DNA from: Batkoa obscura
Taxonomy: Eukaryota
Assembly (NCBI GenBank): GCA_030770535.1
Contig: JASVEC010000003.1
Span: forward strand, 1,426,001 to 1,490,000
Length of the DNA stretch: 64,000 bases
Direction of reading: 5' to 3'
Below the pieces are notes generated by a model, which was not told the origin of the DNA, searched no databases, and was given only the letters and a program-made list of their open reading frames with translations. A program made the position numbers and the translations under genes. Below, piece after piece: positions 49,232 through 62,673 of the stretch; position 1 is the stretch's first letter, and every line of letters starts with the position of its first letter.

Positions 49232-51316
49232 CTATTCAAAAAATACAGATGGTCGAGCACGTGGGAAGTTAATAGTCATAGCAGTATTATCAAGACCCTC
49301 TTTCTTAATAGCTTTGATAGCTTGATCTTGGTTATCAAGCCTTAAATAACGTTGAGCTGCTTCAATTATATCAGCATTAGTAACAACACACTCATTAACA
49401 TTCTCTTTAAGAAAAGATGGAGTATCGTAACTAATTCTCATGTTCCTCTTATAAAGAAAGTGCTCATCTCCAATTGATAATGCATTGTGAAGTATCCTTT
49501 CTATATTTCCTCCTAATTCTTCAAACGAGTAGCCTGAATAATAATGAAATTCTGCATTCCAATCAACTCCTTTGATCATTCTACGTGCAATAGCATAACA
49601 ACTTGCTGCTATTTTGGATGGCGGTAACATTGCTAAATCACGACTAATATAGCACGTTTCACATAAATATCTTGCTAATAAATAAACACGATTGTTGTTA
49701 CCATCTAATCTATTAATCCTTGCTAAAAACTCAATTGGTGATTCAAACAATGTTTGAAAATCTAAAGATTCAAGGGTAATTTGCTCGGTATCAATTACTT
49801 GATCCCAAGTATATTTATGTTTAAGTTTAGTATAATCAAGGATATCATCTAACCTTGGTAAATTGACTTCATATAACTTCAATGTTGTAAATGCACATGA
49901 TAGTGCGAATAAAAGTACGTTTCCGTTATTAATTTTTGGGCATTTGAATATAATCTGATCAAACAACGTAAACCCAAGTAGTACATCTTCTCTTGCATCA
50001 GCAAATTTACCAAGAATTGCACTAATTAAATATAACCCGTAAACTCTATGCCTATCATCTAAATTTTCCTTATTTAAAAAGTCACTGCCAAGTGTTTGGT
50101 TCTTTTCTTCAATAAACATAAATTTAGCTAGCATCTCAGCCAATAAGCCTTGGTCATCATCAAATATAAGGGGCTCAAAGTCCACTCCAGGCACTGGTAA
50201 ATGGTCAAATATATGATGTGCTTTGATAGCTTCCTCAATTCTTTTCGTGCAAGCATCCTTATATAGCTCAACTGATTCTTTTCCTTCCTTTAAGGCATTA
50301 TAATATTTAGCAATGGGTTGGTATTCATTGTTGCACAAATATTGAAAATAACCTTTACCTGCCTTAAAATCGCTCATATCTTCAAGTCCCAACAGCTCTT
50401 CATATCTTAAGTTTCTTTCAGGCACATTGTTATCAAATTTGAAACCATTTCTTTCCATTATATCTTGTTCGACTATTTTGATTTTTTTAGTTGGCATGTC
50501 TTCAGTGAATAGTTCAATTTCATTATATCTTTTAGCACGAATCACAGATCTATTGCAAAATTGAGTGCTGATAGCCGAATCAAACTTCTTTTTACTTCCA
50601 CAACTAACTAATTTTTTATAGTTTTCGATACATTCTTCACTAACTCCAAGTAAACCATATAGCTTAGTAGTTAACTTCTTCTCAACGTAGTTGTCATTCT
50701 TATTTTTGTAGCTTCCATTATTCGCTTTTTCATTGATCTCACCTATTTCTTTACTTTCACTTACTTTAATTTCCCCTCTGCTATCTCCACTTATCTTTTT
50801 ATATTCGTTTATTTCATTATTGTTTTCATTGATCTCTCTCAAGCACACCAATATATTCCCTAATTCATTAATATCAACTTTTTGGATATTCTTAGCTCCA
50901 GAATACTGTATGCCATCTGATTTGATCTTAAGCCATCTTTCCTTTTCATTAATTGGCTTAATATAATTTACAAAGTTAAAATACTTTCTTGTTGGTTGAG
51001 ATTCTAGATCTTCATCCTCATTTAAAATGTCGTCTCCTTTAAGTCCTTCTAAAACATCATTGAACCTTCCTGAAGCCTCATTCCTTGCGCCTCTGGGATT
51101 ATCATAATCATTGTTACTTTGCTCCTGAATAATACTTTCTTCATTAGTAATCAAACTGGAGTCCGGGTTTCTGGCAATTTCGTTGAGTTGAAATATAGTG
51201 TCACTATTACTACTATTTTCCTTTAAATCATTTGAGTTATTTATTTTACTCGTTCTCTTATCACTTAGTCTTCGTTTAGTTTCAGCTAATTTTTTTATTT
51301 GCAATGAGTTAACCAT
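49232..51316 (-). CDS. Divergent B-type (Clb/Cdc13-like) cyclin, 694 aa
   Basis: Cyclin-fold motifs TLKLYEVNLPRLDD, YTWDQVIDTEQITL, PIEFLARI, LARYLCE, PPSKIAAS, HYYSGY. Confidence 0.82.
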   Translation of the reverse strand: MVNSLQIKKLAETKRRLSDKRTSKINNSNDLKENSSNSDTIFQLNEIARNPDSSLITNEESIIQEQSNNDYDNPRGARNEASGRFNDVLEGLKGDDILNEDEDLESQPTRKYFNFVNYIKPINEKERWLKIKSDGIQYSGAKNIQKVDINELGNILVCLREINENNNEINEYKKISGDSRGEIKVSESKEIGEINEKANNGSYKNKNDNYVEKKLTTKLYGLLGVSEECIENYKKLVSCGSKKKFDSAISTQFCNRSVIRAKRYNEIELFTEDMPTKKIKIVEQDIMERNGFKFDNNVPERNLRYEELLGLEDMSDFKAGKGYFQYLCNNEYQPIAKYYNALKEGKESVELYKDACTKRIEEAIKAHHIFDHLPVPGVDFEPLIFDDDQGLLAEMLAKFMFIEEKNQTLGSDFLNKENLDDRHRVYGLYLISAILGKFADAREDVLLGFTLFDQIIFKCPKINNGNVLLFALSCAFTTLKLYEVNLPRLDDILDYTKLKHKYTWDQVIDTEQITLESLDFQTLFESPIEFLARINRLDGNNNRVYLLARYLCETCYISRDLAMLPPSKIAASCYAIARRMIKGVDWNAEFHYYSGYSFEELGGNIERILHNALSIGDEHFLYKRNMRISYDTPSFLKENVNECVVTNADIIEAAQRYLRLDNQDQAIKAIKKEGLDNTAMTINFPRARPSVFFE

Positions 51317-51876
51317 CTTTAGAGGATATTAGTTGTTATTTATTAAAAGAAAAATGTATTAAAACAATTACAGTTTTAAATAGATATTTAAAACAGAATT
51401 TATTAAAAAACAAAAACTAAAAAGTTGTTTTATAACCCTTAGTTTTAAGGATAGCCAATAAAATGCCATTTAGCTTCAAATATTCCCATAATTCATTGAA
51501 CAATAAATAATATAATGGGCATTTTATTTGCTATAATTAATTTACTTCTATGTAGACTTGTTTAACTTTTGTTGGAATATTATTTCCAAAGTGGATCATT
51601 CAAGTTATTTGCACAAAATAACAGTCATAGCCTTGTATTTTCTTTCATAAGGTTATTGATTTCAGGTAAGGATCAAAAAAATCATTGCTTTATTTAAGCT
51701 TACTCTGGAATAGAAAAACTATTTCGAACGCACATTTAATGGTCAATATTAAATTTGAATTACCGTCAATATTAAAAAATTTAAGAAATTAAAATAAATT
51801 TAGTTGAAAAACACTTGTAATCATTGATAGATATTTAAATGTTTATTAATGAAATTAAATAATAGAATTGGGGTAT

Positions 51877-52572
51877 TTAAGCATCTTCTTGCTTTTTAAT
51901 AGGTTGTTGAATCGAAGAGTTTGATCTAAAATGAAGATAAGAAGCGATAGCAAAGACTAAGAAAGTAGCAATGATTGAAATAATGTACAGGATAAGAGAA
52001 CCAGATACAAGTGCATCGTAATTACCAGATAATACGATTGAGTTAATTATAATATATACAGCACCACTAATAAGTAAGATGGATCCAATCCAGCTAGATG
52101 CAAAGATTTGTGCCTTCTCTTTAAACCATACAACTAGAATAGCGAAAACTAAAGCAAGGATAATACTTACAACTAAATTGATAATGTTATTTGAGACGAA
52201 AGGAGAGAAGATGGTCCATAAACTCCAACCTGAAGCTGCTCCTAAAATGATGTCGCCTAAAATACCAATTGCGCCACATAAGATGGCACCAAGAATAGCA
52301 AATCCTATAGTACAACCAAATACAATCCATAAAGCAGTAGTAGGATCACTTGGTGACACATTTACAATGATAACGATACCAAGAAGGTATGTCAAGTAAC
52401 CAAAGAACCAAAGACCAGAGACTCCACGAGTGAATTTGATACATTTCAACCCTTTAGCTAAAATCATACCACCAAATAAAAATAAGACGATTCCTAATAC
52501 TAAGGTGACAATCGACCATATCATTAGATTATTACTCAAGTAAGCAGAAGTACTGGAGGTATTAGAATCCAT
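51877..52572 (-). CDS. Multi-pass membrane protein copy C (231 aa)
   Basis: Differs from copy B at 4 residues, all near the N-terminus. Confidence 0.8.
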   Translation of the reverse strand: MDSNTSSTSAYLSNNLMIWSIVTLVLGIVLFLFGGMILAKGLKCIKFTRGVSGLWFFGYLTYLLGIVIIVNVSPSDPTTALWIVFGCTIGFAILGAILCGAIGILGDIILGAASGWSLWTIFSPFVSNNIINLVVSIILALVFAILVVWFKEKAQIFASSWIGSILLISGAVYIIINSIVLSGNYDALVSGSLILYIISIIATFLVFAIASYLHFRSNSSIQQPIKKQEDA

Positions 52573-54535
52573 TATGTTAAATAAATATAAATTAGAAATG
52601 TAAATTAATAAATATTTCCGTACTTTGTAAGCTATTTATATGTCTACTTTTAATTAATTATTATTACTGTGGGGATGTTTTCATTTTTAGTTAACCTTAA
52701 ACTCTGCATTGCCTATGTTTTTACCAAAAAATTGTTTTTATGCTAAAGTAGTTCCACACAAATTTCCCCTTTGAATTCATGGGTCAATCTTATTTAGGTG
52801 GTCCGAAACTTAATTTTAGTCTTTTTCTCACCCTATCAATACTTATTAAATTTTCTATTTGAACTGAAAATATTTTATGCTTAGCTAAGCTTTTTCCTCT
52901 CTCCTCCCCCCTCCATCAAACTTTTGACTGGAGGTTTTGGTTCAATTTCGTTTTGTATGTGTTTTCAAATTATAGTAATGTAACAAGGATTTATTTTACA
53001 TTTTTGAATTTGAATCTTTATTTGAAATTCAGTTATAGATTTTTAAATAGCCCAATATTTATAAAACAATTATATTATAAATATTAAACCACACAAAGCT
53101 AATATATTTAAATTTACAAGAATTCCTGCTTATTCTTTTCTTCAGTAGCTTAACAAAATACCTAGATAGTAGCATATAATCAAGAAATCTCTATCATATA
53201 AAAATATTATAAACATTGGAATATTACATAATGACTAGTTTAATAAAAGCTTAAAACGGACATTTTAAACTGAATATAGTTTTAAAAGCAAAAAGGCATA
53301 TACAGACAACTAATTTTTATAGTACTTTCAGGATTTTTACAATGGTCCGATTGTTTTTATGGAATGCTGGTTCTCAAGCTGAATAAGTAATCTAATAAGT
53401 TGATTATAACAAAATTCAATAAAATAAAAAACATAGTATTGTTGACTATTTATAGAACATAAAAGTTGATAATTTGTGCAATAAATGCTTTAAATTCTTC
53501 CTTTTTTCGCCTATGATACATAAAGTACTTTAAAATTTTGATTTTTTGATAAAAGCCATAAAATTAATTTAATAATATAGCTTTGTATTTTACCAAATTT
53601 CCGTTCATATCATTTTAATAAATTATCTTGATTGTTTGATTAGTTAATATCTAAAAATGCCCCCAAATTGCTTTGAAAAGGCATATTAAAAGTTCATCAA
53701 CGAACAATGGATCAAAAAAACATTTGAGTATGAGTTTAAGGAAACATTTTATCAAAAATAAAAATAAAATGAATGAAGAGAATATAAATTTAGCTCTTTG
53801 AGCTTTTCAAAATGACCCACTGTTAAGTACTATTACTGTACAAACCCATATCAGTTTATTTCTGTTAAACTACACTATATAAAGCTTAATATGCCCGCAA
53901 AATGAGACAATGACTAACAGTCTAAACCTAATAAAACAAGGATAAAATATAATTTAAGGCTATACGGTTGCTTTGAATGCCTTGAAGCTTTTCAGTATAT
54001 TTTAAAAAAATAAAAGGAATACTCAGCCAGTCTTCTCCCAAGTGTACTTTATTACCAGTTAGTAAAGAGTAGGTTTGCAAATCCATATCATAAATTCCCA
54101 TTGTAAACTCTGATTTTATAACAACAAGCATACAGTTAAAGAAGCTGACGAAAATGTCAATCAGCCTAATAATGTATCTTTTTCAGATCTGAAAGATAAA
54201 GTTTAACTGAAATATCAGAGCGATTAAAAGAAAAAAACAACGGATAATTCAATCTTACGTTAATTAACCAACTTTGGTAAACGAAGTAACGTATCAATTT
54301 AAAAGAAGGAGTAAAGAAATATTATATAAAATTGGTTCAAAATATTTAATTGTAGATAGTGATTTACAAAATATAATAAGCTCAATAAGAAGGTGAAAAG
54401 ATATTTGATCAAATATTGATCCATCAAAAGGAATTAAAACTTTTTTATAAGGTTTTAGTGTAACTGAGGAGCAGTAAGAGGTTTATGAAACTAATGAAAA
54501 CAGCAATCAAATTTAATGTAAAAAATTTATTATAT

Positions 54536-54620
54536 GGGATGTATTTTTGTATTTAACAATTTTTCCCCTCAAATAGCACTTAAAAGATGGAAAAAGTGAT
54601 GAAGCCAAAAAAACACCCCC
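54536..54620 (-). mobile_element. MITE copy with internal deletion
   Basis: Both TIRs and core present. Confidence 0.85.
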
Positions 54621-55165
54621 GTACAAATTTTCAAAGCATTAAACATAAAAAATTGTACAATAAATAACATCACATTCTATTTTCCTTAAAAAAGTTGTAG
54701 ATTGTGGTTTTATCTTTTTAACTATACCTTATTGACAATCTTTATTTCACTTTATCACCTGCTATAGCGTAAAAATTGCTATAGTAAGTAGTATTTTATA
54801 CCTTTGTTTATAAAAACTTAGCTTAAGCTATAGCTAGAACTCTCAGATTAATCTTAGCCTTTCCACAGCAGATTAAAACTTAAGATTGATCTGAACCTTC
54901 TAGCTATATTCTTACAATTTACTATTACTAATATGCTCGTTTATATGACTAGTATATTTAATTTTAATTTTTGTATACATTAATAGCTTAAATTTTATAA
55001 ATAACAGCCTTACTCACTATAATTTTTGTATTATAAGTAAAAATCTACTCGATTTAACAAAAGAAGGTTCTTATGTAGAGAAATTCTTAAAGTTAGTCTA
55101 TAAAAACAAAATAAGAATAACAAATTCAAAATCAAAAAATTACTAATTTTAACTCGTTTTAAGCA

Positions 55166-56118
55166 ATGTCAACTTTAATAACCCCTAAAGGATATCAAAA
55201 CGTTGCAATTGCTGGTGGAACTGGTAAACTAGGTCGTTATGTCACTGAAGAGCTTCTAAAAAATAAGGACGTCAGAGTAAGAGTTTTAACTCGAGCTTCT
55301 AATCGAGAAGACATTAAAAAAGGAATAAAAGATAAATATTTGAAGGTTGGTACAGAACTTGTAGAAATTGATTACAACTCCCAAAAAATCCTTGTAAAGG
55401 CGTTAGAGAACATTGACATATTAATATCAGTACTATCCACTTCAGATTTTGCACAAGTGTATAAAGATTTGATCGACGCTTCTATTGAAGTTAAGGTAAA
55501 ATTGTTTGTCCCATCCGAGTTTGGAGCGGAAGTGGAAGAGTAAGTTTTAATTAATTTTAAAAAACCAAGCAATTGACTAATACTATTACAGAATTGATAA
55601 GCTATTCACTTCACCAAAATTAGTTGTTATAAAACACCTTGAAAGCTCAGCTCTAGATTATATCTATTATAACAATGGGTTTTTTATGGAGCATTTGTTA
55701 TCGGATTTATATTTAGTAAATGTGCCCAACCATGAATCCAAAATCGTTGATAGTGGGGATGTAAAGCTTACAATTACTAGTATAAAAGATGTTAGTAATT
55801 TGTTCCCAGGCCTATTATTTACCTGAAGTTAGAAACCAGTTTGTTGATATAGTTGAGGAGAATACTACCATGAATAAAATATTCAAGAACATTTCTAAGG
55901 TTAGTAGTAAGCCATTCAAAGTTGAAAAAATCTCAATTGAAGAAGCTAGTAAAGTGATTGATGACAGAAAGACTGAATTTCTTACGTTGATAACTTATTT
56001 GTTTAGAAGAGATATCGAAAACGGCCATGCATACCTCAAGGGGAATTCGAATCATCTTTTGCCAGATTTTAAGTTTTTGTCAATGAAAGAGTATGTCAAA
56101 CAAGCTTTCTTTAATTGA
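55166..56118 (+). CDS. NmrA/isoflavone-reductase-like NAD(P)-binding protein; apparent frameshift near 55800
   Basis: VAIAGGTGKLG, FVPSEFG, YNNGFFME; intron 55540-55591; C-terminal part lies in another frame. Confidence 0.8.
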
Positions 56119-56264
56119 AATATTGACCTTTGAAGGTTGAAAATTATTTTTGGATTATTTTAGCCAATAATAAATTGAGCTAAATATTGTTTAATAAAAG
56201 AATAAGCTTATAAATAACTAGAAAGCATTTTCAGTCCTTTCTCTTCTATTAAAGTTAACTTGTA

Positions 56265-57540
56265 ATGTTATTAAGTCTTGATGAATTACCAAATATTGTA
56301 TCGGGAGAGGTATTTAAATTATTAAATCCAGCTGAGTTATTTAAATTAAAGCTGTTAAGTATTTGTTCAAAGTTGTAGGTTACGCCATTAGATATAATTT
56401 ATTATATTCAAGAATATAATGAGAACGAACTTAAACAATATCGAAATCCCCAAGAAGAATTTATCAAAGAAAATGGATTATTGATGAAACATTTAAATAC
56501 TAATAATGATAATACTGACCTTTTAACTGAGTGTTCAAATGTGGTATCTATAGGTCACAATCGTACATATACTATTAATAAAAGTGATGAAGTCATTAAA
56601 TTAGAAAACAAACTACCAAAATTAAGAAAAGTGACAATAGGTTCTTATAATTATAAACACTTGCTAGATTTACTGAGTGTTTATTTGAACTAACTTGAAG
56701 TATTTGAAATTAATGGAACATTTGAAATTTGCGGAGAAGAAATTATTATTAAAAATGTAATCAAATATCTTAATCCGAATAAATTGAAGATTTTTAAAGT
56801 ATTCTCCAAAAAGCAATTAAATCTTGAGGGATTAGATGTCACGAAAGCAAAATTTAAGAAAACAAAAGTTCTGTTTTTATCAGCTAGGGAATATATTGTT
56901 ACCCCTCTTAAATTTAACTATAATATCAATTTTGCTTCAATTTAAAATTAGAATCAAAGGATGGCTTGTTCGATTTGATATCAAGTGTTTTGGGGATTTA
57001 AAAAGATCGGAAACTATAAAGTTAATGAATTATCCTGGTAAGTTTTTTAATATGGATGGAGGTGATAACATAAAATCAATTGAAGACAGTAATATTATTA
57101 CTTTAGGGCATTTCAATTCAAATAATCCAATTAATACAGATTTTATAAATTTATATTTAAGGAATATCAATAGAATTACTGAAGGGAATCTCTTTATTGT
57201 CAAATATTTATAATATTGAATTTAATGTACTTCATTTTTATATTGAAAAAACATTCAACCATGATGTTAATGGAGATAACATTTATAAAAAAGAATACAA
57301 CTCAATTAAGTGTAAATATATAAAACAAATTAAAGTGGAATATTTTGAGCCTACTTTTGAAGAATTTGTTTGTTTTTTATCCTTATTTTCAAATGTTGAG
57401 GTAATTAAGATTAAAGTTTTTAATCTTATAGATACTGTTAAACAGATTAATTACAACCTAAATACTTCTCCATTAATTACTGCGCCTGTTAAAGATAAAA
57501 AGCTTTCGAATGTGCTTGAAATAATATTATGTTAGACTGG
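56265..57540 (+). pseudogene. Decayed F-box/LRR-like paralog
   Basis: MLLSLDELPNIVSGEVFKLLNPAELFKLKLLS start; fragments 56481-57535 resemble 22718-23869 and 24150-25370; frameshifts and stops. Confidence 0.78.
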
Positions 57541-57913
57541 TATAAGTATTAGTGTAAATTCATATTTTTATAATAATAATAAATATTGATAGTCTAATTA
57601 TTATCATTTAAATCTCAAATATTTATATTAATAAAAACTATAGCTTAATTAAACAAAATATACAAATAATAAGTATTTTTTTATAAATCAAATATGTTTT
57701 TTTTGAATATATGTAAACATCAACTTAAAGATTATATAATAATTATATCTAAAGTAGTGTTTAAACTTTTTTTAACACTTAAAGCTTTGAAAGCAGCTAT
57801 TAAGACGCTATAGTAATAACAAAATGATATTTAAAATGTTTTTATTTTTATTTCTCTATTTTTAAGCTTAAAATTTGAATAGATCAAGTAAATTAATAAA
57901 AACATGCTCATAT

Positions 57914-58011
57914 GGGGATGTATTTTTGTGTTTAAGAATTTTGCTAACAATCTTTCCGCTCAAATAGCGCTTAAAAAATGAAAAAGTGATGAAACCAAAA
58001 AAAACATCCCC
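57914..58011 (-). mobile_element. MITE copy with ATAT TSD
   Basis: ATAT|GGGGATG...CATCCCC|ATAT. Confidence 0.93.
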
Positions 58012-58151
58012 ATATTAACAATTTTAGTCATTTTTTTATTTTAATTGGCCTATTTATTTTAAGAGCAAAAGGATAAGTTAAAAAATTGATCAATTCAATT
58101 TATTTTTTTATAAAACTTCTATTTCATTATAATTAATTCCAACTTATTAAA

Positions 58152-59667
58152 ATGAGTTTTAACAAAACGATTGATGAGCCAATTCTTGAGCCACAGCAGA
58201 TAGTAGAAGTATTAAGGAAATTAGAAATATATATCCATGAAACACAAATTTTAAAACCTTCCGAAATGGACTGCCTTACAATCTTCAATTCAATAAGCGA
58301 ATTATTTCTAGGTATCGGTCTTGTACCTGATATTGAGTACGTTAGAAATCATTTTAAAGAGTATGATCATATATTACAAGATCTCGCTGGATTACTTGCT
58401 TATCTTAAAAGATTGTAACTTTTCTTTGTTTTATTTTGATTATATGACTAACTATAAGTTTAGGAATGAATTTTTTAAATCATTGAATATTGAGCCCGTC
58501 AGCTATATTGATTTGGTTGAACCTAAACCTAAAAAAATAATAAGGATCTTATCTCAACTAATTAACTTTTTAAGGTATAGAGAGTTTTATTCTAAACTTA
58601 TAGATGATAGGATTAGAGCGTTGGTAACTATTAAAATGACCATTTCTAATATATTATTTACGATCATTTCTAGAATGAAGTATCTGATAAGTTGGATGAA
58701 AAGCTAGAAGAAAATAGGCAAATGAAACAATATAATATTGAAAATGAGTAAGTATAATGTTATTATCTTAAATTATAATTGTCTAAATTCATTAGAATAA
58801 CCGAAGATGAAATTTACCAAGAAAGTAAAATCAATTCAATAATTAAAATAGATAAAGAAGAGATGATAATGATGGCTAAAGAACAAGAGAAAACGTCAGC
58901 GGTACATGATGAGTTAAGAGGAATTCATACAAAAAATCGAATAAAGATTGATGCATTGGAAGAAGTAATTAAAAAAGGTAAATATATTATTACCGAATTA
59001 AGTTCCATGATTATCGAAGACCCAGCCAAATTGATGGAGTCCATTAAGAAGAATCGGGAAGATAATACAAAAATGGAGCAAATTATAGCAATTGGCATGG
59101 AAGAAATAAATAAAATTAAAGACCAGATTAATATATTAAAAGATAACAGAGAAGAATTAGAAATAAGAAAAAAGCTGATGAAAGAACTAATGATACAAAT
59201 CAAGAGATTTGCAAGTTTAGATAAAAAACAAAAGGAATTTAAAGAGAAAAATGAAACATTGGAGAAAGCTATAGGCGACTTTAAAGCGGAAGAAAAAGTA
59301 ATATAATATAATTTGTATTTGAACACAAATATTAATTCTGCTTTAGGTTCTACTAATGGAAGATGAAAGGATAACCAACGAAGTAAGAGAACGGAACGAA
59401 AATTATAAAAAGAAAAGAGAAATGTTATCAATTGAAAAATATAAGAGTGAGTTAGTTAAAAGAAAGAGAGAAGAAGCAATGAAAGTTACAGATAATGAAA
59501 AGAGAGAGCTACATAAACGATTAAAAGCATTGGAAGAAGAAAAAAGAGAAATAGTGGAGAGTAATGATTATAAAGTAAAAAAAATAATCTCAACAAATAA
59601 TAATCTTGTTAAAAAAGCAAACAAGTTTTGTAAACTTGTTCGAGAAATGGTTAAAATTATAAAATAG
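58152..59667 (+). CDS. NUF2: Kinetochore Ndc80-complex subunit Nuf2-like, ~5 exons
   Basis: DLVEPKPKKIIRILSQLINFLRYRE matches the Nuf2 motif; long coiled coil; GT-AG introns near 58415, 58624, 58748, 59298. Confidence 0.8.
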
Positions 59668-60045
59668 AAGTGGAAGTAATTGCTTTAATTTTAATAAACT
59701 TATTTATGATTTGCTTCATTTTATCTAAAAACTTACTATTTATATTAATTTTATAGTAAATAGATTTTTGATCATTATTAAACTTAGTGTAATAGAATGA
59801 CAATAATTAAATTCATCATATCAAAAAGTTATTGGCTATTTTAATACCAATCTAAGTAAACCCAAATTATATTTAACTTAATTATTATTCATAGAAATAA
59901 GAAAACTTTTATGGGGTACCCAAAGCATTTTATAATAAAATAGTAATATTTGGTTATTACGAACTACACTATAAATAAAACTAATTCAGTTTTAAAATAA
60001 AGTTTGATCGATATTTCAATTGAAAAAGTGTACAAAATTTACAAG

Positions 60046-60118
60046 TGCTCCGTATAGGGCTTGAACCTATGACCTTAGCGTTATTAGCACCACGCTCTGC
60101 CAACTGAGCTAACGGAGC
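60046..60118 (-). tRNA. tRNA-Ile(AAT)
   Basis: Identical to the other Ile copies. Confidence 0.96.
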
Positions 60119-60205
60119 TTACCTATTAGGCTTGCTTTTTTGAAACGCTTTATATTTATATTTAAAACTATTATACAGTGATTGATGTTGCAAATTAGAA
60201 TATAT

Positions 60206-60300
60206 GAGGATGTTTTGGCTTCATCATTTTTTCCATTTTTTAAGCGTTATTTGAGTGGAAAGATTGTTAGTAAAATTCTTAAACAAAAAAATACATCCCC
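60206..60300 (+). mobile_element. MITE copy with ATAT TSD
   Basis: ATAT|GAGGATG...CATCCCC|ATAT. Confidence 0.92.
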
Positions 60301-61181
60301 ATATGCTTATATTAATTTATATACCGTTTTAACATGACCATAATAATTTTATTTATTAGTTAGCTTACTTTAGGATTTTTAGAATTTTTGTATTAAAAAA
60401 TTATTTTTGATCGATATATGATAATATGAGTAAAAATTTTACGTACTCTTGATTAATTATTACATAGTAAAAAGCTTTATCTTGTCATATTTAAATAAAT
60501 AAAATTAACTTAACTATTCAACATAAATTACTTTCAGTTAATTAAAAAATATATTTAAAAATTATATTAGAGCTAGTTGACTATTTTTATACCTTAATTA
60601 TAGTTTTAAAAACAATATTTAAATCAGAGATAGACCAAATCATATGGAAGTATTAAAAGCTCCTAGACATCAGATGTTTGAATAGAAAAGATAATAAAAT
60701 AATTTTGTCCAAAACTACTAATTTAATGCATTAAAAGCTAGAAGCAATTTACACAATGAAATGGAAGAACAGGGGATGTGCACTAACATCCTAAACAGGC
60801 AAGCTATTGACAAATAAGTATCCAACTACAATTAAAAATTCAAATAGTACATAATTCAGTTACAAAATTATTAATGAACTTGATCATTAACCAAAATAGA
60901 ATTATAAAACCGTAATCAAAATACTTATTTAGTTGTGATGTTTTAATATAACTTAAATTGAGTTTAGAATTCTAGAATTAGCGCATATATTTAGAAATAT
61001 ACTAAAAATATCCAACAATGCACTATAAAATAGTCAATTGACCTGATGAACTATTCATAATCAGATGATAGTATCACACAGTTTAGCAGATAGTTCTATC
61101 ATTTACTAATTGAAAGTATAAATACCGATAAACTTGCATTTCTCGAAAATAATAACTCTAGTACAACTAGCAAATATTCAA

Positions 61182-62007
61182 ATGCAATTTTTCAACTTAA
61201 CTTTTTTGCTCACTTTACTCACCAGCACTGCCCATTGTGGTATCAATGGTGATGGTCGAATCATAGGTGGTTACGAAGTAACCCCAGCTTTTAAATACCC
61301 CTTTGCAGCTGTTATTTATCGTAATGGAGGGTTGAGTTGTCAAGGTACTTTATATCGTAAAAACCGTTTGATAACTGCAGGTCACTGTGGTGGTGGAGTT
61401 AATGAATTTAAAGTGTTAATCCATCGTCATAACTTAACTTTAACTGATGCTCAAGAGCAGGGTTATCGTGTGGGGGTAAAACAAATTGTTACTCATCCAT
61501 CACATGATGGTCAACAAAGATATGATATTGCTATTTGGAAGTTAGATTCTAATGATAACTCAGAGAATGGTATCTATCTTGATGAAAGTGGCTTATATGC
61601 AAAAGATAATATGCTAGTTAATATTGTTGGATGGGGTACTACTGCTGAAGGTGGTTCTATTCCTAAAAAACTATTACAAACTGATGTACCCATTGTTAAT
61701 GTGGATGAATGTGTTAAAGCCTATGCTAATAATAGCAGAAAAGTGGATAAAAGTGTGCAATTATGTGCTGGATTTCAGCAAGGAGGTAAAGACACTTGCC
61801 AAGGGGACTCAGGTGGTCCTTTATTTGCTAACATCGATGGCAAGTACCATATCATTGGTATCACTTCTTGGGGTAAGGGATGTGGTAGACCTAACTTTCC
61901 AGGGGTAAGTTTAATAATATTTTGCCTTTGTTTTTTACTAATGATTTTATTAGGTATATACTAAAATTAATGCAGTACTTGACTTTATTAAAAAAGAAAC
62001 TGTTTAA
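61182..62007 (+). CDS. Secreted trypsin-like serine protease (S1), 2 exons
   Basis: Signal peptide, R-IIGG activation site, TAGHC/DIA/GDSGGP triad, Asp in KDTCQ; intron 61905-61953 restores PGVYT. Confidence 0.95.
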
Positions 62008-62360
62008 CTAAATAAAGTTTGTCAATTAAGTTTTATAGTTTAAGTAATTTTCTTATCTTTATTTTTATATAAAATAATTTGTTAAATCAAAAAATAGAAA
62101 TTCTAATAATAAATAAATAGAAAATTAACAAATACCAAATAAATCAAGATCTATTGAATATTAAAAATAGGAGGTATTTATTAAAATCATGCAATATAGA
62201 ATAACCATAATTATATATTTATAACTACCTATAAAACGTTGTATGGAGAAAAGTGTAATATAGGAGACAAAATAATAAAATTATATAGTTTCATTTATTA
62301 AACTTACAATATATAATGTTATTATATATGTTTTAGAATTGAAAATGCTGACAAGTAGAG

Positions 62361-62434
62361 GCTCGTATGGCGCAATTGGCTAGCGCGTCCGACTGTTAAT
62401 CGGGAGGTTACTGGTTCGATCCCAGTTATGAGCG
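62361..62434 (+). tRNA. tRNA-Asn(GTT)
   Basis: Cloverleaf, anticodon GTT, downstream T-run. Confidence 0.96.
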
Positions 62435-62574
62435 CTTTTACCTTTTTAGATATAAATACACAAGTGTTTATAGACTTTTAATGATTATTTTAATTTTTTA
62501 TTTGTTTTAGTTGAATGTACAATAAGTCAAAAATCTTAGTTCCAATGGTTAAAATTAATATGAAAAAATAATAT

Positions 62575-62673
62575 GGGGGTGTTTTTTTTGGTTTCATTGC
62601 TTTTTCCATCTTTTAAACACTATTTGAGTGGAAAAATTGTTAGCAAAATTCTTAAACACAAAAATACTTCCCC
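62575..62673 (+). mobile_element. MITE copy with ATAT TSD
   Basis: ATAT|GGGGGTG...CTTCCCC|ATAT. Confidence 0.92.
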
